Part shown: piece by piece, positions 56,409 through 64,000 of the stretch
Layout of the letters: each line of letters begins with the position of its first letter
Numbering within the stretch: position 1 is the first letter of the stretch
Origin: an uncultured Gammaproteobacteria bacterium
GTDB taxonomy: Bacteria > Patescibacteriota > Patescibacteriia > Magasanikbacterales > GWA2-37-8
Assembly (NCBI GenBank): GCA_964465205.1
Contig: CAYXJO010000002.1
Span: forward strand, 26,350 to 90,349
DNA length: 64,000 bases
Direction of reading: 5' to 3'
Notes under the pieces: generated by a model
What the model saw: the letters and a program-made list of their open reading frames with translations, nothing else
Told to the model about the DNA's origin: nothing
Database searches by the model: none
Made by a program: the position numbers and the translations under genes

Positions 56409-57239
56409 TTATGATTTGTGTTCTGCCTCATGAAATAGCACAACCATGGCGGTTACAAAAAGTGGTGCTACCAATATGCTAATTATGATTGCCGCTAGGC
56501 TCAAAATTACATCTAATATTCCACCTATTTTAGTGCCAAGTTGCATCAACATTCCGGTAGCTACGGCACTTACTACCCAGACCAAAAACATTGGCGCCAC
56601 AAAACGCCATAGAATTCCCCACCAACGTCCGGCTACCAAAAGTTGGCTTTCTTTTATGGATTTGACAACCGGCGCTCCATAAATCGCGGTTTCCATCCAA
56701 GCGAACAAAAGACGTACGTAGTATCGCACCAAATGGATAAGAGAATAAAACGTCAGTAAAATGAATAATATTTTGATAGCCGGGGTGAAGTTTTCAATGC
56801 CGTCATTGTGTAGCAAAAGACTGGCGATAATATACAGAGCGCTGGTAGTCAGTAGCGGCCACAAAGCGTAAAGATTGGTCATAATGATTGTGCCCAATCC
56901 ACGCAATAATACTTTGGACGATTTTTTTAGTGTATTAATTACTGTGTCCGGTTTATTATTGCCATAAACAGTGCTGATTGTTTTTACAAATGCGAATTTA
57001 AACCATAATCCGGCCACACTTATGAGAAAAGAGAATAACACAACAAGCGCCGCGATTGACGCCGCTACACCTTTGTCGACGTATAAAGCGGCGAAAATTA
57101 ATGGGATGCTAACCAGATACATGACCAGTGTAATTAATGCGGGGACAAAACTCAACAAAATATATTTGACGTATGTGCCAAAGTTTTTTTTGTACAAAAA
57201 ATAGCTTCGGCTGATAATTTCTCCGGCCCCAATAAGCAT
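56409..57239 (-). CDS. Multi-pass membrane protein
   Basis: About six TM segments; SIKESQLLVAGRWWGILWR motif. Confidence 0.8.
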   Translation of the reverse strand: MLIGAGEIISRSYFLYKKNFGTYVKYILLSFVPALITLVMYLVSIPLIFAALYVDKGVAASIAALVVLFSFLISVAGLWFKFAFVKTISTVYGNNKPDTVINTLKKSSKVLLRGLGTIIMTNLYALWPLLTTSALYIIASLLLHNDGIENFTPAIKILFILLTFYSLIHLVRYYVRLLFAWMETAIYGAPVVKSIKESQLLVAGRWWGILWRFVAPMFLVWVVSAVATGMLMQLGTKIGGILDVILSLAAIIISILVAPLFVTAMVVLFHEAEHKS

Positions 57240-57243
57240 ATGA

Positions 57244-57948
57244 TTATATGGTTAAAATCGATTTTAGAAGCGTTACAGCCTCTGCTTTCATTATATCAAT
57301 TTTTTGGTCGGTGGACAAGGTGATAATTTTAGTGCCGACATCAGTAAATAACTTTTGGAATTCAGGCGAGGCGAATTGTTTGGCGAATTTAGTTTGAAAT
57401 GCCAATTTTTCAAAGATTACATTGTCTTGTTTCTCGGTACGTTTAGCCAGACGTTCCATTACTGCTTCCGGACTCACTTGGGTGAGTAACAAATAGTCGG
57501 GGCGATGCTTTAGGGCGAGTTGATTGCCCGGCAAACTAGTCACCTGCTCCAGATTAAGTCCGGTTTGTATGGTTTGGTAAGTGAGTGACGTAGAAACTCC
57601 GCGATCCTGGATAACGCATTTTTCCTGCGCCAAAAGCGGAATGATTAATTTGGTGTACAGCACTAGACGGTCGAGCGAGTAGGCTTCGGCGATAGCCAAA
57701 GATGGGTAGGAGGTGCCGTTGCGGATTAGTTCTTCTCTAATCACTTTGCCAATACCGGTATAGGTAGGTTCGCAAGAGAAAATAAATTCATAGGCGCGCA
57801 GTTCGGATATGTCTGGCAAGTGTCCGGTGTCCAACATGTATTTTTTTAAATCAAAAACTGCATTACCAGATTCGGTAAGATGTTGTTTCCAGACATCGAT
57901 TATAGTGCCCTTGCCCGATCCGTCGATGCCGTCGATCATTATGAACAT
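57244..57948 (-). CDS. tmk: Thymidylate kinase
   Basis: DGIDGSGKGT, EPT, DR...S..YQ, RPD. Confidence 0.9.
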   Translation of the reverse strand: MFIMIDGIDGSGKGTIIDVWKQHLTESGNAVFDLKKYMLDTGHLPDISELRAYEFIFSCEPTYTGIGKVIREELIRNGTSYPSLAIAEAYSLDRLVLYTKLIIPLLAQEKCVIQDRGVSTSLTYQTIQTGLNLEQVTSLPGNQLALKHRPDYLLLTQVSPEAVMERLAKRTEKQDNVIFEKLAFQTKFAKQFASPEFQKLFTDVGTKIITLSTDQKIDIMKAEAVTLLKSILTI

Positions 57949-57953
57949 AGTTT

Positions 57954-59414
57954 TTAACTATTAGGTTTTTTTGGCATGAAGTTGAACGCCGGATTGAACA
58001 TAGTAGATGCCCAGGAAGCCGAGCCTTCTTCCATATTGACGCGAATGTATTTGGCCAACAATGGCTGCACTTCGTTGAGTTTGTGCCACATGGCTTGGGC
58101 GATACGGCGATAAGAAATATGACCCTTGAGACCAGAACGCAAAGAAATGAAGTGATGTAATTCGCGTAGATTAGCAGTAATTAGCGTACGTTTGCGAAAT
58201 CCCAGCGGCACTACATACTGTGCTTCTACAGGGAATCTTACGTATATTTTTTGGTATAAAGCCGCGGCTTTTTCCATGGTGGCGCGATATTTTTCTTCCA
58301 ATCCAGCTTCTATTATTTCAGTTGGGGTCTCGAAACCGTGTATGATTGTTACGGCTTGGTTGGTCTGGGTGCACATGCGGTGACGTTGAACATCGCGAAA
58401 AGCGCCGTAATCCATAAGTACATCAAATGTATAATATACATGTTCGAGTTCACGCAGTGGAGCGTCAAATGAGGCGCGACGCGCAAGTGATTTTTCGATT
58501 ATTTTTTCTTTTTGTGATTGCTCCATTTTTTTCACTGTTTCCAGAATTTGGTTGTATGGCAATTGTGAAAAACGATATAGCAAACTAGCCACCAATTTAT
58601 TTTCGGCATCGTGATCATAATCCACCAAAGTGACCGGGCTCACCGGAGTGGGGTCGGCTGTGAGTGTGGTGTTGGCAAGTGTTTGTAACTCTGGCAAGGT
58701 TTCTTTGGTGTATTGATTTTCGTCGGCAAATTTGATGAGAGTGGGGACTATCTTGAGCGCCTCCTCTTTCATCGTGCGCCCAATATCTTGCATTTCGTCC
58801 AATGGGTGTGACAAAAATTTCACAATCGCATGTTCAAGTACGCGCGCGTTGGCAGTCATGCCTAAATTAGTGAGAGTAGCAGTGGGCAAAAGATAACGGT
58901 TGTTGTCACAAACGCGCGCTTTGATAGTGGCGGCGTAGGCCTTTTCCATTTCGTCTTCTTTGCGCGGGTATTTTTTGGATATAAATGCATGCATCGGTTC
59001 GTACATGGCCGTATAGGTGTCGTAAATTTCGTTCATGGTATTTTCAAACTCGCCAGCCAAATCGGATTGCATAATTTTTTCCGGTTTGAAATAACGATCG
59101 CGATCGAACACTTGGTAGCGAGTTGATTTTTCGGTATAAGATGCCAAGCGATTATCCTCGATGACTTTGGTGGCCAGAATAGAGACATTTTCTAACGCTA
59201 AGTGCAAAGTAGCGTGTTCGGCGACGCTACTGTGGCCATAGCCAACTACCCATTTCTCGTGAAAATCAGCCGATTTTTCATCAGTAAGTTCGGATGCGAT
59301 GTCGGCAAAAGATTCGGGGGAGCGAGAACATTTCGCGAATGCTACCGCCACTACTTCCGGTTTGAGATGGTCGAGTGAGTAAACAGATAACTTATTTTTG
59401 CTAGAAGTGTTCAT
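57954..59414 (-). CDS. thyX: Flavin-dependent thymidylate synthase with tandem ThyX domains
   Basis: GHSSVAEH, EKSTRY; second domain RELEH, RHR, NLRELHHFISLR. Confidence 0.9.
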   Translation of the reverse strand: MNTSSKNKLSVYSLDHLKPEVVAVAFAKCSRSPESFADIASELTDEKSADFHEKWVVGYGHSSVAEHATLHLALENVSILATKVIEDNRLASYTEKSTRYQVFDRDRYFKPEKIMQSDLAGEFENTMNEIYDTYTAMYEPMHAFISKKYPRKEDEMEKAYAATIKARVCDNNRYLLPTATLTNLGMTANARVLEHAIVKFLSHPLDEMQDIGRTMKEEALKIVPTLIKFADENQYTKETLPELQTLANTTLTADPTPVSPVTLVDYDHDAENKLVASLLYRFSQLPYNQILETVKKMEQSQKEKIIEKSLARRASFDAPLRELEHVYYTFDVLMDYGAFRDVQRHRMCTQTNQAVTIIHGFETPTEIIEAGLEEKYRATMEKAAALYQKIYVRFPVEAQYVVPLGFRKRTLITANLRELHHFISLRSGLKGHISYRRIAQAMWHKLNEVQPLLAKYIRVNMEEGSASWASTMFNPAFNFMPKKPNS

Positions 59415-59427
59415 ATTTTTTTAGATA

Positions 59428-60924
59428 TTAAGCGGCTTTACTACGATCCGTTTGTTCAGTGTTGGATTCGTTAGCGATTATTTGGCGTAGAGCTTCTCCG
59501 GTCTGTAATTTGTATTGTTCTGTGCCCAGATCGTAATCCATTCTTCCTTCTGATCGCGCCCATTGTCGGCGTAGATCGTCCACTTGTTGTTTTACAATAT
59601 CGTTGTTGCCGGGTAATTGTTCATATATAGCATGCCAGACATATTTATTCTGATTTTCTTCAGGAGTATTGTAGGGGTTACCCATCTCAGCTTTTTTCTG
59701 GTCAAATAATTTTTTCAAACCATTGGTGTCATAATCAGATTGGGTGTAGTCGGCTTGAGTTTCTCGGGTAGTGGTAGAATTTGGCCCATCGACTGTGGTG
59801 ATCATCGGTGGCACTACCTCTAATTTTGGTTTGGCACTATCTCGATTGTCAGCTATGTCGTTATGAGCCTCTTCTTCGGTCATAGGGTGGCCGATCATGT
59901 TGCCGCCATAATTTTCTACCCGTGGCATACCAGAAGTTGTTTCGTCTTCATCTTCATCTAGATTTACTGCGTCTTTTGTTGTCGGAATAACCTCCAGATC
60001 TGTCAGAAACTCTTTTGGTACAGAAAATTCTTCCCCTTTTGAATTGACGAGGTTTATTTCTCCATTATTGGACATGCCGTTGAATGTGAGTATTTCTCCG
60101 CTAACAACATCTTTCAACTTATCTCCAATTTTAAACGGCATTGAAGTTTCTTTTTGAGCAACCGTCGGTTCGGTGTTGGAAATGCTTGTTTGCGCGACTG
60201 CTTCTGGTGTTGTTTTATTTTTGGCCACTGGTATATCCATTTCATCAATTGTTATGCCATCGTCTTCTAATGATTTTCCAATTTGTCTAGCGGCTTCTAT
60301 CCGAGCCAATTCTTCCATATTACCAGATGCCAAAGCGGCATCAGCCGCCGCATCATACGTAGCTGTTTTTTGCGCTTGGGCGAGCGATTCGACCTCGGCT
60401 TGTTTTTTATTGGCTTCAACACTAGCCATTTCCGCTTTTTGTTCGGCAATTGCTTCTTGTGTCATTTTTTGCCATTCTATTTCTTCGTCAGCACCCTCGA
60501 GGGCGGCATCAATGGGGTCGATGTCATCTTGAGCGTGGGCAAATAGAGCTTGTTCTTCTGCTTCCAGCTTGTCTATTTCCTCCATATTGATTTCTCCTTC
60601 TTCTGGATGATTTTTACTAATGGTTTTAGCCAGATCTCTGATGCGCTGGAATAACCCGCGTGTTTCTTTGCTAGTAGACTGTATAGCGCCCTTTACTTCC
60701 TGTACTGTTTCTTGGGCTAATTGTTCTGATACTTTTTTAGCATCTTTTTCTTGATCAGCCAGATACCGCTCCTTTTTTTGTAAATATTGACTAAAAGCCT
60801 CGACATCGCCCAACATACCTTTGAGATAGTCTTTAATACCTGGCTTTTGTGGTCGGCGTGCGTCCACTGCCTGTCCGGCGCGCAGTTGTTCCTCTTTGGA
60901 CATTTGCTCTGGTTGATTGGCCAT
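59428..60924 (-). CDS. Hypothetical acidic coiled-coil protein
   Basis: Long ORF within the operon; no recognised motif. Confidence 0.7.
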   Translation of the reverse strand: MANQPEQMSKEEQLRAGQAVDARRPQKPGIKDYLKGMLGDVEAFSQYLQKKERYLADQEKDAKKVSEQLAQETVQEVKGAIQSTSKETRGLFQRIRDLAKTISKNHPEEGEINMEEIDKLEAEEQALFAHAQDDIDPIDAALEGADEEIEWQKMTQEAIAEQKAEMASVEANKKQAEVESLAQAQKTATYDAAADAALASGNMEELARIEAARQIGKSLEDDGITIDEMDIPVAKNKTTPEAVAQTSISNTEPTVAQKETSMPFKIGDKLKDVVSGEILTFNGMSNNGEINLVNSKGEEFSVPKEFLTDLEVIPTTKDAVNLDEDEDETTSGMPRVENYGGNMIGHPMTEEEAHNDIADNRDSAKPKLEVVPPMITTVDGPNSTTTRETQADYTQSDYDTNGLKKLFDQKKAEMGNPYNTPEENQNKYVWHAIYEQLPGNNDIVKQQVDDLRRQWARSEGRMDYDLGTEQYKLQTGEALRQIIANESNTEQTDRSKAA

Positions 60925-60935
60925 ATATTTAATAA

Positions 60936-61112
60936 TTATAATTCATTAATTTTTTGACGTAGCATGTCTGCCTGCTTACCTTCGGCGTTTTTGATGGCGG
61001 CTTCCAGGGTTTTTTTTGCTTTAAGTCGCAGTGCTTCTTCTTTTTTTAAAAAGTCAGTCAGTATTTTGCCAGCGTTGAGCAACGCTTGTTTTGTTTTGAT
61101 GGGATCTTTCAT
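60936..61112 (-). CDS. 58-aa helical hypothetical protein (not in the ORF track)
   Basis: MKDPIKTKQALLNAGKILTDFLKKEEALRLKAKKTLEAAIKNAEGKQADMLRQKINEL; fills the operon gap. Confidence 0.65.
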   Translation of the reverse strand: MKDPIKTKQALLNAGKILTDFLKKEEALRLKAKKTLEAAIKNAEGKQADMLRQKINEL

Positions 61113-61132
61113 AAAATATTTTTTAGATAAAA

Positions 61133-61564
61133 TTATTTGCCCGTACTACCGAACCCTCCGCGGTTAGAGCCAGAGATTTCGTCGACCTCTTCCCAATCAG
61201 CAATATCGACACGTATAAATAATCCTTGAGCAATACGTTCGCCGCGAGCCACTACTACTGGTTGGTCGGTAAAATTATAGACCATAATTTTTAGTTCATC
61301 TTCCGGTCCGCAGTAATCCTGATCGATTATCCCGACCGCGTTGGGCATTGTTAGGCCTTTTTTACGCGGAGTAGAGGAGCGAGCGATAATGGCAAGCATA
61401 TATCCGGGTGGAGTTTGTATTATCAGACCAGTGGGTATCAATGCTATTTCTTTTGGTTGGATAGTAGTATCGACGTTGGCCGCCAAGTCGAAACCAACCG
61501 AACCGCCGGTATGATATTGTGGTAGCGGTAATGTTTTGTCGATGCGTTTTATTTTAATTTTCAT
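61133..61564 (-). CDS. dut: dUTPase
   Basis: GFDL, ARSS, GIIDQDYCG, GERIAQ, RGGFGSTG. Confidence 0.96.
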   Translation of the reverse strand: MKIKIKRIDKTLPLPQYHTGGSVGFDLAANVDTTIQPKEIALIPTGLIIQTPPGYMLAIIARSSTPRKKGLTMPNAVGIIDQDYCGPEDELKIMVYNFTDQPVVVARGERIAQGLFIRVDIADWEEVDEISGSNRGGFGSTGK

Positions 61565-61964
61565 AATATTTTGGTATTTGGTAGAATCCTTTTTCCGGAA
61601 TGATGTGGCGCACGCCACCACGTGGATTCTGTACGTCACCGTTATAGCGTGGTATTAGGTGTAGATGAAAGTGGTGAATAGTACGCCCGGCCGCCTCACC
61701 CTCGTTTATTCCGATATTGTAGCCATCAGGGTGAAATTCAGCGTCGATTTTTTCTTTGGTCAGTTTGATTGTATTATGTAGCTCCAGAATCATTTTTTCA
61801 TCCAGATCAAAAAATGATTCAATATGTTTCTTCGGGCTAATCTCACAGTGTCCGGGCGAAACAGGGAAATCGTCGTAATGTACGATATAATAATCGGTTT
61901 CAAACATTATTTTATGTCCTTCTTTGTGCGACCAGTCGCAGAAAAAACAATGTTTGTCTGTCAT
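61554..61964 (-). CDS. HIT family nucleotide hydrolase
   Basis: CFFC, PVSPGH, HFHLHLIPR. Confidence 0.94.
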   Translation of the reverse strand: MTDKHCFFCDWSHKEGHKIMFETDYYIVHYDDFPVSPGHCEISPKKHIESFFDLDEKMILELHNTIKLTKEKIDAEFHPDGYNIGINEGEAAGRTIHHFHLHLIPRYNGDVQNPRGGVRHIIPEKGFYQIPKYYEN

Positions 61965-61967
61965 AGA

Positions 61968-62525
61968 TTAAGAATATTTTTCTACCAATTTATCGAGTTG
62001 TGCGTACAAATCATCCAGAGTGCCGTTGTTGTCGATTTGTTCAGTAGCTTGTTTGGCGATATCGGCGATTTGTAGTTCGGCTTCTTTTTGGTGATCAAGT
62101 TTGAACTGTTCAAAAGTTTTGGTGGTGTCATCGGCATTTTCGCCACGTTTGACGATGCGTTCATAGCGTTTTTCCATATCGGCAAAAATGTGCACCAACA
62201 CAAATCCGGGTACCTGTTTCAGAAATTCGACGTCGCCCGGTCGGCGTACGCCATCGATGCTTATGAGTACGGCACTGTCGCGTTTAGCATCCTCGGCCAT
62301 GGTTTTGGATAATGTTTCTTCGCCAAAGTGAGTACGAATGGCGGTGGACATAGTCTGGAGATTGTCGCGGGTAATATCCAAATATAGTCGACCACAAAGA
62401 TCGCGTAACATGGTGGAGAAGCGGTAAGTACTAGCGCCGTGGCGAGTTTTGAGATATTCATTGGCCGTGCCTTTGCCACTGGCAATTTGGCCGACGAAAC
62501 CAAATATGATTTTATTGGTTGGCAT
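61968..62525 (-). CDS. P-loop nucleoside monophosphate kinase-like protein
   Basis: GQIASGKGT, IDGVR, IDNNG; overlaps the deaminase gene. Confidence 0.8.
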   Translation of the reverse strand: MPTNKIIFGFVGQIASGKGTANEYLKTRHGASTYRFSTMLRDLCGRLYLDITRDNLQTMSTAIRTHFGEETLSKTMAEDAKRDSAVLISIDGVRRPGDVEFLKQVPGFVLVHIFADMEKRYERIVKRGENADDTTKTFEQFKLDHQKEAELQIADIAKQATEQIDNNGTLDDLYAQLDKLVEKYS

Positions 62526-63003
62526 ATTGTTCGATACTGTCGTCGAAATAAACAAGTTCTATTCCAGCGTCATGAAATAATTTTTCTGTTTCCTCATAAA
62601 CATGATAGCGTTTGGCGAAAACAGCACGTTTTATTCCTACAGCTACTAATAACTTGGCGCAAGTAGGACAAGACGTATACTTTTCATAAATTGTAGCCCC
62701 GTCAAGTGCCACACCACGTTTAGCGGCTTGGCAAATAGCATTTTGCTCCATGTGAATAGTGCGCATGCAATGTTGTGATACTTTACCGTCTTCGTGGGTA
62801 ACGGTTTTTATTTGGTGGCCAACATCATCGCAATGTGGTTGTCCAGGAGGAGATCCAACATACCCAGTGACTAAAATTTGTTTATCTTTTACCACAACAC
62901 AACCGCCGCGACCACGGTCACAGGTAGATCGAGTAGCTACTGTTTTGGCTATTTCCATGAAATATTCATCCCAACTGGGACGTACGTACTTGGTTTCTGA
63001 CAT
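62512..63003 (-). CDS. dCMP deaminase (ComEB-like)
   Basis: RPSWDEYFM, RSTC, HMEQNAI, CPTC. Confidence 0.93.
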   Translation of the reverse strand: MSETKYVRPSWDEYFMEIAKTVATRSTCDRGRGGCVVVKDKQILVTGYVGSPPGQPHCDDVGHQIKTVTHEDGKVSQHCMRTIHMEQNAICQAAKRGVALDGATIYEKYTSCPTCAKLLVAVGIKRAVFAKRYHVYEETEKLFHDAGIELVYFDDSIEQYANQ

Positions 63004-63175
63004 ATTATTGATTGATAATGATAAATTTATAACAAGACGCAACCCTTGCAGTGGGTTTTTCTCTTTTCCAGTGTATCAAATCACCGATATTTTGCCAAGC
63101 TGTATTTTGCCACAGTTTTTCCCATTGTAAATTTATTTTTAAAAGGGTATAATATGGACATCTGACTATATTATT

Positions 63176-64000
63176 ATGTTGTATTTATCTCAAATTTTGA
63201 ATAATAGAGTAGAGGACAGTGCGGATCGTTATGTTGGCCGTCTCATGGATATTCTGGTGAAGTCAGAGCCAGGTACATATTCGCCGCTTATGTATTTGGT
63301 GGTGCGGCGCAAAAAAGAGGATTTTATTATTCCGTATAGTTTCGTAGAAAATTTGAGCAAAGCTGACGTTTCACTGAAAACTTTGTTTGAAAAGTTGGAA
63401 TATGCACAAATCGATCCCGAAGAATATACTTCGTTGAATCGCGATGTTATTGATCAGCAGATTGTGGACGTGGCAGGCGCGCGCGTGGTGCGTGTCAATG
63501 ACCTGTCTATTGGTATGCTAGAAAACAAGCATCATATTTTAGGTATTGATATTAGCGCCAAGGGCCTCCTACGGCGATTAGGCATAGCGCATTTTGATTT
63601 ATTTGGTTTGTTGAAGGTGAATTTATTGGATTGGCGTGTAGTACAACCAGTTAAAGGCGCTTTAAAGGTAGATCAGCTGTCCAAAGGGCTGCAGCGTTTG
63701 CATCCAGCTGATTTGGCTAATATTATCGAAGATTTGAGCATAAAACAAGGCGGTAAATTGGTAGATTCTTTAGACTCAAAAGAAGCGGCCAAAGTTATTG
63801 AAGAGCTTGATCCGCATTTGCAAAAAGTTTTGATCAAGCATCTTGGTCCGGAAAAGGCCTCAAAGATTATTGAAAAAATGTCGATTGATGAGATTGTGGA
63901 TTTAATGCAAATTTTACCTTATTATGAAGCAAAGGATTATTTGTCAAATTTGCAGCATGGTAAATTACGCACGATCGAGAATTTAATTGCTTATGAAGAA
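63176..64000 (+). CDS. MgtE intracellular-domain/PRC-barrel protein (partial, runs off the window)
   Basis: MLYLSQIL..., DQQIVDVAGARVVRVNDL, LHPADLANIIEDL. Confidence 0.85.
   Translation, partial: MLYLSQILNNRVEDSADRYVGRLMDILVKSEPGTYSPLMYLVVRRKKEDFIIPYSFVENLSKADVSLKTLFEKLEYAQIDPEEYTSLNRDVIDQQIVDVAGARVVRVNDLSIGMLENKHHILGIDISAKGLLRRLGIAHFDLFGLLKVNLLDWRVVQPVKGALKVDQLSKGLQRLHPADLANIIEDLSIKQGGKLVDSLDSKEAAKVIEELDPHLQKVLIKHLGPEKASKIIEKMSIDEIVDLMQILPYYEAKDYLSNLQHGKLRTIENLIAYEE

Noticed and set aside
63004-63100. Possible riboswitch upstream of the dCMP deaminase gene
   Set aside because: Only a small aaccc/gggtt hairpin is visible, with no recognisable aptamer or expression platform.

Overview
Bacterial chromosome segment using the standard genetic code. 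Gene content and style (AT-rich, mostly SD-less starts, IleRS2, tandem-domain ThyX, giant S74-chaperone surface protein) suggest Patescibacteria/CPR; this taxonomic call is an inference. Housekeeping genes include recA, ftsK, rpoB (frameshifted), rpoC, yebC, ruvC, ruvA, ileS, trxB, rpe, rpiB, pyrB, pyrI, an argF-like gene, gatCAB, tmk, thyX and dut. The most striking observation is an apparently complete ribosome-dependent attenuator in front of the tRNA-Asn(GUU) gene. It consists of a sigma70 promoter, an 18-aa leader peptide with six consecutive Asn codons, and mutually exclusive antiterminator and terminator helices (56256-56403, minus strand). The same tRNA is the integration site of a ~3 kb integrase-less islet. 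The islet carries a leuB-like gene, a LeuD-LeuC fusion and the decayed 3' part of a group I intron-containing foreign tRNA. Other items of note: an ultrashort-Stem-I ileS T-box, a pyrL-type attenuator before pyrBI, a candidate standalone ncRNA upstream of ftsK, a two-copy covarying intergenic RNA/REP-like element, a MurL-like/double ATP-grasp/GNAT cluster, an ECF sigma module with Cys-rich partners, and several small ORFs missing from the ORF track. All calls come from reading the sequence; no searches were run.
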